Below the pieces are notes generated by a model. It did no database searches. It worked only from the letters and a program-made list of their open reading frames with translations, and was not told where the DNA came from. Positions 8,719 to 19,012 of a stretch of 64,000 nucleotides of DNA are shown here, piece by piece (position 1 is the stretch's first letter; each line of letters starts with the position of its first letter). The DNA lies in the NCBI GenBank assembly GCA_963796685.1, contig CAWCMR010000003.1:31759-95758 (forward strand), given 5' to 3'. The position numbers and the translations under genes were made by a program. Origin of the DNA: an uncultured delta proteobacterium (GTDB lineage Bacteria; Myxococcota_A; Polyangia; Fen-1088).

Positions 8719-11031
8719 GTGAATAGCAATCCCAATGTACGTCCTGCATCGCCCGATTCGGCACCGCTTTCTCCCTGGTGGCGCCAGACCGCGATTTTGG
8801 TCATGGCCTTCGGCTTCACCCTGCTGACGGTGGTGACGGTCAAGACCTACAAGGGGGCGCCGCCCATCCCGGCACGCGTGGTGAGCTCCGAGGGGCAGAT
8901 TCTGTTCACCGCGGACGATGTCCACAAAGGCCAGGATGTCTTCCTCAAGTTCGGCCTCATGGAGCACGGCACGCTGTGGGGACACGGCGCCTACCTCGGA
9001 CCCGATTACACCGCCGAATACCTGCACCGCCTGACCGAGATCGCGCGCGACACCGAGGCCACATCTCGATATAGGAAGCCCTGGGCCGAGCTCGCGCAGG
9101 AACAGGCGCATTCCGTCGCCGAATCGGTCAAGCAGACGCTCAAGCAGAACCGCTACGACGAAGGCACACAGACCCTGGTCTTCACGCCGGGTGAGGAGGC
9201 GTCCTTTCGCATCCAGCAAGGCGAGTGGAAGAATTACTTCGCCGGCCACAAGCCGGCGCCGGGACTTCCGTCTCGTTTCATCAACCGCGACGGCGACCTC
9301 GCTTCCCTGAACGCGTATTTTGCTTGGGCGACTTGGGCCACCGTGGCCCCGCGGCCGGGAACGCAGGACTCGTACACCAACAATTGGCCGTTCGAACCGT
9401 CGGCGGGAAACACGCCTACCTCGTCGACCTACTTGTGGAGCGCGCTGAGCCTGGTTTGCCTCTTGGGCGGGCTTGGCGTGGTGCTCTTCGTCTTCGGACG
9501 ATTCGACTACCTTGGCTGGGGCGGGTCTTCGGGTCACGTACACGTATCCGAGGGGCCCATTCACCGCTGGAAGGTCACGCCAAGCCAGAAGGCGTTGGGT
9601 CTGTTCTTCGCGGTCGTCGCCGTTCTGTTCGTCCTGCAAGCGGCGATGGGTGGCGTGCTCGCCCACTATCGCGTCGAGCCCGGCGCATTCTATGGTTTCG
9701 ATCTGGCTCGATTCCTGCCCTACAACCTGGCCCGCACCTGGCACCTGCAACTGGCCATCTTTTGGATCGCCACCTCGTGGGTTGCCGGCGGCCTGTTTCT
9801 TGCGCCGCTGGTCGGCGGCGCGGAGCCGAAAGGTCAGAGAGCCGGCGTGCTGGTGCTTCTCGGTGCCTTGGCGGTGGTCGTCTTCGGCAGCCTGGGCGGC
9901 GAGGCGCTCGGGATCAACGACAAGCTTGGGACGCTGTGGTTCTGGCTCGGCCATCAGGGCAGCGAGTACCTCGACTTGGGCCGTTTCTGGCAACTGCTGC
10001 TGGCCGGCGGGCTGGTATTTTGGCTGTTCCTGATGTTCCGCGCCTTGCGACCCGCCATGAAGTCCGGCGAGAAGGGCGAGCTGTCTTCGCTATTTCTCTA
10101 CGCGGCCGTGGCCATCCCGGTCTTCTACTTGCCCGCCCTGTTCTATGGATCCCACACCAACTTTGCCATCATCGACAACTGGCGTTTCTGGATCATCCAC
10201 CTCTGGGTCGAGGGTTTCTTCGAGCTCTTCGCCACGGTGCTGGTGGCCGTCATGTTCGTCCAAATGGGACTGGTGACGACCAAGACAGCGACCCGCCTGA
10301 TCTATCTGGATGCGATCCTCTATCTTGTCGGCGGCATCGTGGGCACCGGCCACCACTGGTACTTCACGGGGCAAGGCACGCTGAACATGGGACTGGCCTC
10401 GTGCTTCAGCGCGTTGGAGGTGATTCCGTTGACGCTTCTGACCCTCGATGCGTGGGATTTCATTCGCCTCAAGGATCAGAATTGCGAAGACTGTCACCGG
10501 CCGCTTGCCGCCCACCAGAAATGGGCCATCTATTTTCTCATCGCCGTGGGCGTCTGGAACTTCGTGGGTGCCGGCATCTTCGGATTCCTCATCAATCTGC
10601 CCATCGTCTCGTACTTCGAGATCGGCACCAGCCTGACCGCGAACCATGGCCATGCCGCCATGTTCGGGGTGTTCGGCATGTTGGCTCTCGGGGTCGTCTT
10701 CTTCTGTCTGCGCGCCATTCGCGACGATGAGACTTGGAATCGGGCCGAACGATGGGTTCGCATCGGGTTCTGGGGTGTCAATGGCGGGCTAGGCCTGATG
10801 GTCGTGCTCGACCTGTTTCCCGGCGGCGTGTTGCAACTCTGGGACGCCATCCAGAACGGCTACTGGCATGCGCGTCGCCTCACGTTTCTGATGGGCGGCC
10901 TCTTCCACACGCTCGAATGGATCCGCATCGTCGCGGATCTGACCTTCCTGCTCGTGGGGGCCGTGCCGCTGGCGTTGGCCGTGTTGATCCTCGTCTTCGG
11001 CGAGCGGGCGCCCGAGCTCGGCGGCCTCTAG
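8719..11031 (+). CDS. norB: Quinol-dependent nitric oxide reductase (qNor)
   Basis: GHGAYLGPDYTAE, HLWVEGFFE, GTGHHWYF and HGHAAMFG motifs; 770 aa. Confidence 0.93.
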   Translation: MNSNPNVRPASPDSAPLSPWWRQTAILVMAFGFTLLTVVTVKTYKGAPPIPARVVSSEGQILFTADDVHKGQDVFLKFGLMEHGTLWGHGAYLGPDYTAEYLHRLTEIARDTEATSRYRKPWAELAQEQAHSVAESVKQTLKQNRYDEGTQTLVFTPGEEASFRIQQGEWKNYFAGHKPAPGLPSRFINRDGDLASLNAYFAWATWATVAPRPGTQDSYTNNWPFEPSAGNTPTSSTYLWSALSLVCLLGGLGVVLFVFGRFDYLGWGGSSGHVHVSEGPIHRWKVTPSQKALGLFFAVVAVLFVLQAAMGGVLAHYRVEPGAFYGFDLARFLPYNLARTWHLQLAIFWIATSWVAGGLFLAPLVGGAEPKGQRAGVLVLLGALAVVVFGSLGGEALGINDKLGTLWFWLGHQGSEYLDLGRFWQLLLAGGLVFWLFLMFRALRPAMKSGEKGELSSLFLYAAVAIPVFYLPALFYGSHTNFAIIDNWRFWIIHLWVEGFFELFATVLVAVMFVQMGLVTTKTATRLIYLDAILYLVGGIVGTGHHWYFTGQGTLNMGLASCFSALEVIPLTLLTLDAWDFIRLKDQNCEDCHRPLAAHQKWAIYFLIAVGVWNFVGAGIFGFLINLPIVSYFEIGTSLTANHGHAAMFGVFGMLALGVVFFCLRAIRDDETWNRAERWVRIGFWGVNGGLGLMVVLDLFPGGVLQLWDAIQNGYWHARRLTFLMGGLFHTLEWIRIVADLTFLLVGAVPLALAVLILVFGERAPELGGL

Positions 11032-11084
11032 CCGCATCGGTTACGAGTCGTGCCAGGCGGAACGCGCTCGGAGCGTCAACTCGC

Positions 11085-11498
11085 CTACTTCCGCACGCGT
11101 CCGCCGAGGGAGGCCACCCCGCTGCCGTGGGCGGCGATGAACAGGAACAGGAAGCAGTAGATCACCGCTAGCTCGCCCTTGTTGATGCCCGGTAGCCACA
11201 TGCCGCCCGCCAGGGCGAGCTTCCAGTGGAACTGGAAGTAGGCGACCGCCATCTCGCCGGAAGCCAGGAACGCGGCGGGGCGCGTGAGCAACCCGAGCGC
11301 GATCAACGTCCCGCTCACCAACTCGATGATTCCGGCGAACCAGATCTGCGAGCCCGCCGGGGGCATGAACTGGCTGTGCCAGCCGAGGATCTTTTGTGCG
11401 CCATGAAAAGCGAACAGCGCGCCTGCGACGATGCGCAGGGCTACATAGAGATACGGCTCTGCTCGAAGCGCGAGCTCCCTGACTTTCGTAGTGAACAT
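11085..11498 (-). CDS. DoxX family membrane protein
   Basis: LRIVAG..F..HG.QK, GLLTR.AA and GELAV motifs. Confidence 0.88.
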   Translation of the reverse strand: MFTTKVRELALRAEPYLYVALRIVAGALFAFHGAQKILGWHSQFMPPAGSQIWFAGIIELVSGTLIALGLLTRPAAFLASGEMAVAYFQFHWKLALAGGMWLPGINKGELAVIYCFLFLFIAAHGSGVASLGGRVRK

Positions 11499-11677
11499 GC
11501 TGTTCTCCTTGAAGGTTGTCGAAGGTCACGCGACAACGCCGGCCAGACGGCGCTCGTTGGAATTGAAAGCTGTGAACGGACCCTCGCTAGGAAGATGTCC
11601 GAGCGTTGCCGAACGTTACATGGCAAGTCATGATACGGCACGAGACTCTCAACCCGTGCTTGGTTGGGGAATGCGCA

Positions 11678-12136
11678 CTACCTACCTTCCGGAAGCTGCG
11701 GGCCCGCGCCGATCTTGAATTTTCCCATGAAATAGCGCTTTCGGATGACCTTGCTCTCGGCCGCCCAAGCCTCGATGCCGCGGTTCTTGATCGCGGTGAG
11801 GTTGTAGACCTTGAGGTTGTGTGGGTACTTCTCCGCGCCTTCGGCCAGCGGCTGCAACTTCTGGCACGGGAAGTCCTTGCACTCGTAGCAGAAGTCCACG
11901 CCCTCTCGTTTCGCGCATTCGAGGGTGTCGCACTGGCCGCCGATGGTCGTGCAGCCGCCGTTGCGGCAACCGTTGCAGCGGAGCTTTTCGATGGTCATGC
12001 CGCGCGCCTCGAAGACGCGTCTGCGTTCCGGGGGAATCGAGGCGAAGAACCCGTCGATGTTGCTGTGAAAGAACTCGCAGTTGAAGCAGTCGATTCCGCA
12101 CAGGGCGGTGAGGTTCTTGAGCTCGCTTAAGTCCAT
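11678..12136 (-). CDS. DUF3795-like Cys-rich protein
   Basis: CGIDCFNC, CNGCR and C....C......FCYEC.DFPC pattern. Confidence 0.8.
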   Translation of the reverse strand: MDLSELKNLTALCGIDCFNCEFFHSNIDGFFASIPPERRRVFEARGMTIEKLRCNGCRNGGCTTIGGQCDTLECAKREGVDFCYECKDFPCQKLQPLAEGAEKYPHNLKVYNLTAIKNRGIEAWAAESKVIRKRYFMGKFKIGAGPQLPEGR

Positions 12137-12255
12137 GGGCCTCTCCTTGATGTTGGCCGGTCCATCCTACCGATTGACGGGCAGGCGCGATCCCAAATCG
12201 CACGGGAGCCTCATGCGATTTGCTTTCCCCCGGCCGGCACGGCACCTTGGTTGGC

Positions 12256-12834
12256 ATGATCTCCCATTTGCACTCCGTCATCGAAAAGGCATGCGCGCGG
12301 CCCGAGACTCGGTTGGGACTGGATTTCTATCGCGAGCATGTCCTCGTGGTCGAGCGCTTCGTGTGCCGATTGGCGCCAATCCTTGGCGCCAGTCTGGACA
12401 TCGTGCTACCCGCCGCCCTCTTGCACGACATCGCGGCCGTCGAGGATTTCTCGCGTGTTGCCGATCACCATGAGCTGGGCGCGGTGAGAGCGATGTCGAT
12501 TCTCCGCGACCAAGGCCTTGCCGAGGACCGCGTCACGGCCGTAGGCGCCTGCATTCGCCGGCACGTGCTGCCGGTCGCGCAGGGTGAAGGAACGGCGGAG
12601 GAGGTGTGTCTCTCGAATGCGGATGCCCTGGCGCAGATGGCCAACCCGTCCTACTGGCTGCACTATGCGCACTGGGCGCGTGCCCTGGAGTTCCCCGCCG
12701 GACGGGATTGGTATCTTTCTCTCGTCAAGGACCGGTGGCCGAGGCTTCACCCTGCCGCGCTCGACCTCGGCCGCCCGCACTACCTTCGCGCAGTCGGGGC
12801 TTGTTCGGACGATTGGACCGACTCCAATCGGTGA
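12256..12834 (+). CDS. HD domain phosphohydrolase
   Basis: H...LLHDIA...HH..GA...H...AD motif series; start codon uncertain. Confidence 0.8.
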   Translation: MISHLHSVIEKACARPETRLGLDFYREHVLVVERFVCRLAPILGASLDIVLPAALLHDIAAVEDFSRVADHHELGAVRAMSILRDQGLAEDRVTAVGACIRRHVLPVAQGEGTAEEVCLSNADALAQMANPSYWLHYAHWARALEFPAGRDWYLSLVKDRWPRLHPAALDLGRPHYLRAVGACSDDWTDSNR

Positions 12835-12893
12835 TGACGAGACATCCCGGTGTGGACAACCGCGGTCGCGCGTAGTACACCCCGGCACCTCTC

Positions 12894-14519
12894 GTGGTTC
12901 GCCTCGACAACATCAGCAAGCAGCACGGCCCGCAAATCCTATTTGTAGATGCCAGCGCCGCGCTCTTGCGTGGCGAGAAGGTGGGCCTCGTGGGACCGAA
13001 CGGCGCGGGCAAGTCGACCGTCTTTCGCCTGATCATGGGCGAAGAATCGGTCGACGACGGGCAGATCTCCATCGACCGCAACGTGACCATCGGGCACTTC
13101 AGCCAGGACGTCGGCGAGATGAAGGGCATGTCCGCCCTGGCCGCCACCATGGACGGCGCCGGTCCGGTATCGGCCCTGGCCGGCGAGCTGCACGAGCTCG
13201 AGCATGCCATGGCGGATCCGGCGCGCGCCGATGAGCTAGACAAGTTAATCGATCGCTTCGGCCACGTGCAGGCCCGCTTCGACGAGCTGGGCGGGTACGC
13301 CCTGGAGGCGCGGGCGCGCGAGATCATGGCCGGCCTCGGGTTTTCGCAAGAGCAGATGGACGGTGATGTGGGCAACCTCTCGGGCGGGTGGAAGATGCGC
13401 GTGGCCCTGGCGCGTATCCTGCTGATGCGCCCCAACGTCATGCTGCTCGACGAGCCGTCGAACCACCTCGACATCGAGTCCATCATCTGGCTCGAGGGTT
13501 TTCTCAAGGACTTCGACGGCGCCCTGCTGATGACCACCCACGACCGCGAGTTCATGAACCGCGTGGTCAGCAAGATCGTCGAGATCGACGGGGGTGTGCT
13601 GACCAGCTACTCGGGCAATTACGATTTCTACGAAAAGCAGCGCGCGCTGCACGCCGTCCAGGCCGAGGCCGCGTATGCGCGCCAGCAGGCCATGCTGGCC
13701 AAGGAGATCCGCTTCATCGAGCGCTTCAAGGCGCAGGCTTCGCACGCGGCGCAGGTGCAGTCGCGCGTGAAGAAGTTGGACAAGATCGAGAAGCTGGAAC
13801 CGCCACGCCGCCGGCGCACCATTACCTTCGAGTTCCCGGAATCGCCACGTTCGGGCGAGGACGTGGTCAAGATCGAGGGACTGTGCAAGCGGTACGGCGA
13901 CCACGTCATCTACGACGACTTCAGCTTGATGATCCGGCGCAAGGAGCGCTGGAGCGTAATGGGCGTGAACGGCGCGGGCAAGTCGACGCTGCTCAAGCTG
14001 GTGGCGGGCGAGATCGCCGCCGATGGCGGGTCAGTCACGCTGGGCGCGGGCGTACGCATGGGCTACTTCGCCCAACACGCGATGGAGCTTCTCGATCCGC
14101 AGAAGACCGTCTACGAGACCCTGGAGGAGGCCTTTCCCCTGGCCTCGGTGGGCACGCTGAAATCGCTGGGCGGTTGCTTCGGCTTTTCGGGCAGCGACAT
14201 CGACAAGGTGTGCCGCGTGCTTTCGGGCGGCGAGAAGGCCCGCGTGGTCATGGCCCGCTTGCTCTACGATAGGCCCAACCTGCTGGTCCTCGACGAACCC
14301 ACCAACCACCTCGATCTGGCCACCAAGGAAATGCTCTTGTCCGCGCTACACGATTTCGAAGGCACCATGCTCTTCGTGTCGCACGACCGGCGCTTCCTGG
14401 CCGCGCTGTCCAACCGCGTGCTCGAGCTGGATGGCGGCACCACCACCACCTACGGCGGTGGCTACCTGGAGTACGTCGCCCGTAGCGGACATGAGGCGCC
14501 CGGTCTGCGCGCCAAATAG
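12894..14519 (+). CDS. ABC-F family ATP-binding protein
   Basis: Two NBDs (GPNGAGKS/LSGGW/LDEP and GVNGAGKS/LSGGE/LDEPTNHLD) with no TM segments. Confidence 0.93.
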   Translation: MVRLDNISKQHGPQILFVDASAALLRGEKVGLVGPNGAGKSTVFRLIMGEESVDDGQISIDRNVTIGHFSQDVGEMKGMSALAATMDGAGPVSALAGELHELEHAMADPARADELDKLIDRFGHVQARFDELGGYALEARAREIMAGLGFSQEQMDGDVGNLSGGWKMRVALARILLMRPNVMLLDEPSNHLDIESIIWLEGFLKDFDGALLMTTHDREFMNRVVSKIVEIDGGVLTSYSGNYDFYEKQRALHAVQAEAAYARQQAMLAKEIRFIERFKAQASHAAQVQSRVKKLDKIEKLEPPRRRRTITFEFPESPRSGEDVVKIEGLCKRYGDHVIYDDFSLMIRRKERWSVMGVNGAGKSTLLKLVAGEIAADGGSVTLGAGVRMGYFAQHAMELLDPQKTVYETLEEAFPLASVGTLKSLGGCFGFSGSDIDKVCRVLSGGEKARVVMARLLYDRPNLLVLDEPTNHLDLATKEMLLSALHDFEGTMLFVSHDRRFLAALSNRVLELDGGTTTTYGGGYLEYVARSGHEAPGLRAK

Positions 14520-14539
14520 TTGACGGTCCTCGTTCCGGG

Positions 14540-15285
14540 GTGCGCGACCGCCCGCCCGAAGACCGTGCGCGTTGGTGCACCCCGGGCATCGCCTGCGTGG
14601 CCGGGGCTTGCCAGCAACGAAGGTGCACAGGGGCACTGTCCTTCCAGAAGATTGCGACGTATCCAGCAAGCTTCGAAAACAGCTCCTACCTGGGCGCGGA
14701 CATGAACCGCGATGGACGGCTCGATCTGCTCGAATACGGCGCCGGGCTCACCATCTGGCTCGGGCAAGACGACGGTACCTTCGTCGCCAGCGCCACCTAT
14801 CCCACGACAGGGACAGGCTCCACCTGGAACCTGACGGGCTACGCCGCGGTCGGGGACTTCAACGAGGATGGGTTGGCCGACCTGGTTGTGACCAAGCCTG
14901 ATGGCAGCGACGTGCAGATCCTCCCCGGACTGCCGGGGGGCGGATTGGGGGCTCTTCCGGGAGCTCCACTCTTTCGTCTCCTGATGGGCGATTTGGACGG
15001 TGACGGGCATCTCGACGTCGTCTTCACGCCAGTCGGCGCCGACAGCAGCGGTGTGGGTCGGGTTCTGATCCGGCGAGGCAGTGGCCATGGGACCTTTGTC
15101 GGCCCGAGCTCCTACACGATTCCGAACGACAATCTCTCCGCGGCGGCGCTTGTGGACTGGGATGGAAACGGCACTCTCGACATCGTCATCAGGGGGATGA
15201 GCGGATTGCACATTCTCTACGGCGGCTCGACCTCCTTGTCGCGAACCAGAGCAGCATCATCGTGTTCCTCAACACGTGTCTGTAG
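14540..15285 (+). pseudogene. FG-GAP/VCBS repeat protein fragment
   Basis: DMNRDGRLDL, DFNEDGLADL, DLDGDGHLDV and DWDGNGTLDI repeats; no signal peptide; frame jumps near 15223 to RLDLLVANQSSIIVFLNTCL*. Confidence 0.7.
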
Positions 15286-15378
15286 AGCGTGGCGCGTGGC
15301 TCGAATAGCCACATACACAATTCTACTCTGTTGTTGTTCGCGAAGTGGGCATAGTCTGATCGTCCTTCCTCGGACGAG

Positions 15379-17409
15379 GTGCCCATGGATGGCGTCAAAG
15401 GCCAACCGAAAGAACCTGGATGCGCTCTCGATGTCGTTCGACTGATCGCCGAATTCGACAGCGAGACCTCGCACCTGACCTTCAGCGAAATCGCCAAGGG
15501 CGCGCTCAGGTTCATGACCGAACGGTTGCACATCGACCGTGCCTCATTGGCCCTCTTGAGCGATGACGGTCAGGCATTCCGGATGTTCGATGCCACCATC
15601 GAGGTGCGGGGGATCGAATCGGGCAAGATCATCCCGTTTGGATCCGCCTCGCTTGGCGAAACGGTCGAGGCGCAAAGCCCGATTTACCGCGCGGACATTC
15701 GCGACTGGCCGAACAAGAACCCCGTCGACCAGGCCCTCGTGGCGGGCGGTCTTCTCTGCACCTTCAGCGTTCCGCTTTTGTCCGGCGGGCGTTGCTCTGG
15801 AACCCTGAATGCCGCCGTGAAGAGCGTCGGCGGTATCGATGCGGAGATACGCACCGTCATTGAGCTCGTGGCACCGAGGCTGGCCTATGCGCTGGCCATG
15901 GGCATCGCGCTCGACGCCTTGGCCGAGAGCGAAGCGCGATTTCGCGATGTATTCGATACCGTGGGCGATGGCATTGCGGTGGCCGATGTTTCGAATCGAA
16001 GGTTGCTGATGGCCAATGGGGCCATCGGCACCATGCTCGGGTATTCCGTGGGCGAGTTGACGACCCTGAGCGTGAACGACCTTCACCCGCGGGACCGGGT
16101 CGAAGACATCGTCCAGATCTTCGACTCCATGGCTCGTGGCGAGCTCGACCGCGCCATGGAAATCCCGATGCAACACAAGAGCGGCGGCATCTTGCTTGCC
16201 GACGTCAGCGCAAGAAAGACCGTCATTGCCAACAAGCATTGTGTCGTTGGCGTCTTTCGGGACGCAACCGAGCGTCGGCGACGCGAGGACGAGCAGTTGC
16301 AGGTGCAAAAGCTGGAATCGATTCGCACGCTGGCGGCCGGTATCGCCCACGACTTCAACAACCTGCTGACCGGCCTCGTCGGGAACATCAGCTTGGCGCA
16401 GATGCAGCTCGACAAGGGGCAGCAAGCCTGGGATCTGCTCGACGAGGCCCAGCGTGCCGCGGCCCGAGGCACGGCGCTTACGCGGCAGCTTCTCACCTTC
16501 GCGAAGGGCGGAGCGCCCGTGCGCACGCAACTCGACCTGGTACGGATCGTGCGCGACTCGGCCAATCTCGCGGCAAGCGGCAGCAACGTCCAGTGCCAGC
16601 TCGATCTGCCCGGCGAGGGCTGCACGGTGATGGGCGACGAGGGGCAGCTTGCGCAGGTCTTTCAAAACCTCGTGCGCAACGCGATCGAGGCCACGCCAGA
16701 CGGCGGAACGGTGCAAGTTCGGGCGTGGCGCCAGAAGGCCCATTCTGGCGAGGAGGTTTGTGTCGAGGTCGCCGACCACGGCGCCGGCATCGCGCCCGAG
16801 ACGATCGAGAAGATCTTCACGCCGTTCTTCACCACCAAGGACAAGGGTAGCGGGCTCGGTCTGGCGGTGGCGTACTCTGTCGTACGGAACCACGGCGGAC
16901 GCATCGATGTGTCGTCGAAGCCCGGAGCGGGGAGCGCCTTTCGCGTCAGCCTTCCCGCGTGCACGGGGCGCGAATCGGTGCCGTCACCCTCGCCGGCAAG
17001 TCGTCCCGGTATCGGAACCATCATGGTCATGGACGACGATGCCATGGTCGTGCGCGTGGCCGAGCGGGTTCTGCGCAACGCAGGCTTTCGTACCCATGGC
17101 ACCGCGAACGGCAAGGACGCGGTGACTGCTTACCGGGCGGCGTTGAGCCAAGGCCAGCGCTTCGATTTGGTGATTCTCGATCTCACGGTCCCGGGCGGAA
17201 TGGGCGGGCGGGAAGCCGCCGAGCGGATCTTGGCCCTCGATGCGACAGCGCGCCTGATGGTGTCGAGTGGCTACTCGGAGGACTCGCTCATGGCCGAATT
17301 CCGCAGCCATGGCTTTTGCGCCGTCTTGCCCAAGCCCTACAACGCGAAACAACTGTGCGAGGCTGTCCAGGCCGCGCTGCAGGCGGATCCGGAAGACGAA
17401 TTGCCTTAG
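15379..17409 (+). CDS. Hybrid sensor histidine kinase (GAF-PAS-HisKA-HATPase-REC)
   Basis: AHDFNNLL H-box, N/G boxes (PFFTTK, GSGLGL) and a C-terminal receiver. Confidence 0.92.
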   Translation: MPMDGVKGQPKEPGCALDVVRLIAEFDSETSHLTFSEIAKGALRFMTERLHIDRASLALLSDDGQAFRMFDATIEVRGIESGKIIPFGSASLGETVEAQSPIYRADIRDWPNKNPVDQALVAGGLLCTFSVPLLSGGRCSGTLNAAVKSVGGIDAEIRTVIELVAPRLAYALAMGIALDALAESEARFRDVFDTVGDGIAVADVSNRRLLMANGAIGTMLGYSVGELTTLSVNDLHPRDRVEDIVQIFDSMARGELDRAMEIPMQHKSGGILLADVSARKTVIANKHCVVGVFRDATERRRREDEQLQVQKLESIRTLAAGIAHDFNNLLTGLVGNISLAQMQLDKGQQAWDLLDEAQRAAARGTALTRQLLTFAKGGAPVRTQLDLVRIVRDSANLAASGSNVQCQLDLPGEGCTVMGDEGQLAQVFQNLVRNAIEATPDGGTVQVRAWRQKAHSGEEVCVEVADHGAGIAPETIEKIFTPFFTTKDKGSGLGLAVAYSVVRNHGGRIDVSSKPGAGSAFRVSLPACTGRESVPSPSPASRPGIGTIMVMDDDAMVVRVAERVLRNAGFRTHGTANGKDAVTAYRAALSQGQRFDLVILDLTVPGGMGGREAAERILALDATARLMVSSGYSEDSLMAEFRSHGFCAVLPKPYNAKQLCEAVQAALQADPEDELP

Positions 17410-18584
17410 AGCTTCTTGGCATCGTCAAGGGCGCGCGCGAAGGCGGGTAGCGAACGCTCGATGGTGTCCATGGGCACGGTCATGGAAAGCCGGATGTGGC
17501 CGCCACGGCCGAACCCGGTGCCGGGCACCGAGAGCACGCCGCGCGCGAGCAGAAGCTGCACGAAAGCCACGTCGTCGGGAATGGGCGTCTTCAAGAACAC
17601 GTAGTACCCGCCCTCGGGCTTGCGCACGTCGTAGCCCGCGGCCGCCAACCCGTCGCACAGGACGTCGCGCTTGTGCTGGTAGGCGGCCACGTCCACGCAC
17701 GCGTCCGCGGCCTCGGCCATGACCCATTGCCAGATGGCTGGCGCATTCACGAAGCCGAGGGTGCGATTGGCGAAGGCGCACGCCGCGAACAGCTGGGCCA
17801 AGTCGGGCAGGCGCGGGGAGAGGGCAAGAAAACCGATACGCTCGCCGGCCAGGGCCTGGGCCTTGGACCACGAGTAGCAGATGGCCGTGTTGGTGATGTG
17901 GGCCGCCACGTCGCTCTGCTTGCCGCCGTCATAGACCAGTTGCTTGTAGGGCTCGTCGCTGATGACCAGCGGTGGACTGGGCAGGCGCGACAACATCGAT
18001 TCCAGCTTGCGCAGCACCGCGGTCGGGTAGACGCGGCCCGAGGGATTGTTGGGCGTGTTGAGGATGATGGCGCGTGTGCGCTTGGTGATGACCGCGAGGA
18101 TATTGTCCACGCTCGGAAGACAATCCGCGTCCGTCTCGACCACGATGGTCCGGCCACCATGATTACCGACGTAGAACGGGTACTCGGCGAAGTAGGGCGC
18201 AAGCAGAATGACCTCGTCGCCCGGATCGAGGATGGCCTTCAGGATGACGTTGCAGGCGGCAGCGGCGCCCGTGGTCATGCAGATGTGCTCGGCTCTGAAA
18301 TCGAGGCCGCTGTCGCGGGCAAGCCGTCCGGCCATGACCGCGCGGACCTCGAGAAAGCCGGGATTCGGCATGTACCCGTGGCGGCCGGGGAGGTCGCGAT
18401 TCACCACCTGGCGCAAGGCCGCCATCGTCTGCGCGGGCGGCTCGACCTCGGGGTTGCCGAGCGTGAAGTCGAAGATGTTCGCTTCGCCGCGTTCCTTCTT
18501 GAGGCGCGCCCCTTCCTCGAACATGCGCCGGATCCACGACGCGCGTTCGAGCTGCTGGGCGATGGTGCGCGCGACCGGCATCAA
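17406..18584 (-). CDS. PLP-dependent class I/II (aspartate/aromatic) aminotransferase
   Basis: NTPNNPSG, SDEPY and SWSK...GERIG motifs. Confidence 0.92.
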   Translation of the reverse strand: MMPVARTIAQQLERASWIRRMFEEGARLKKERGEANIFDFTLGNPEVEPPAQTMAALRQVVNRDLPGRHGYMPNPGFLEVRAVMAGRLARDSGLDFRAEHICMTTGAAAACNVILKAILDPGDEVILLAPYFAEYPFYVGNHGGRTIVVETDADCLPSVDNILAVITKRTRAIILNTPNNPSGRVYPTAVLRKLESMLSRLPSPPLVISDEPYKQLVYDGGKQSDVAAHITNTAICYSWSKAQALAGERIGFLALSPRLPDLAQLFAACAFANRTLGFVNAPAIWQWVMAEAADACVDVAAYQHKRDVLCDGLAAAGYDVRKPEGGYYVFLKTPIPDDVAFVQLLLARGVLSVPGTGFGRGGHIRLSMTVPMDTIERSLPAFARALDDAKKL

Positions 18585-19012
18585 CCCTCGAGGAGCACGT
18601 CGGCGGCCAGCACGGGCACGCCCTTGGCCTGCAGAACCGTGATGGCCGCGTCGGGATCGGCGAAGCGGAAGATCAGCACCGCCTTGCCTTCGTGCCCGAA
18701 GGGAAAGGCGTACATGTACTCGATGTTGACCGGCGAGCCTTCGAGCGCCGTGAGCACGCCTGCCAGGCCGCCGGGCTCGTCCGCCACCTCCACCGCCAGC
18801 ACCTCGGTGGTCTTGACCACGTGGCCGGCATCCTCGAGCAGCTTGGTGGCCTTGGCTGCATCAGTCACGATGAGGCGCAGGATGCCGAAGCGCTGGGTGT
18901 CGGCCACGGACAGTGCCCGGATGTCCACGCCTTGCTCGGCCAGCAGGCGGCAGGGGGCGGCCAGATGTCCGGGCTTGTTTTCCGCGAAGATGGAGAGTTG
19001 CTGGATTTTCAT
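18581..19012 (-). CDS. Tandem ACT domain protein
   Basis: [18 protein letters not shown] and NIEYMYAF motifs; typical partner of paaK. Confidence 0.88.
   Translation of the reverse strand: MKIQQLSIFAENKPGHLAAPCRLLAEQGVDIRALSVADTQRFGILRLIVTDAAKATKLLEDAGHVVKTTEVLAVEVADEPGGLAGVLTALEGSPVNIEYMYAFPFGHEGKAVLIFRFADPDAAITVLQAKGVPVLAADVLLEG

Noticed and set aside
8719-11031. NO dismutase rather than qNor
   Set aside because: The canonical HLWVEGFFE and HH motifs of qNor are intact
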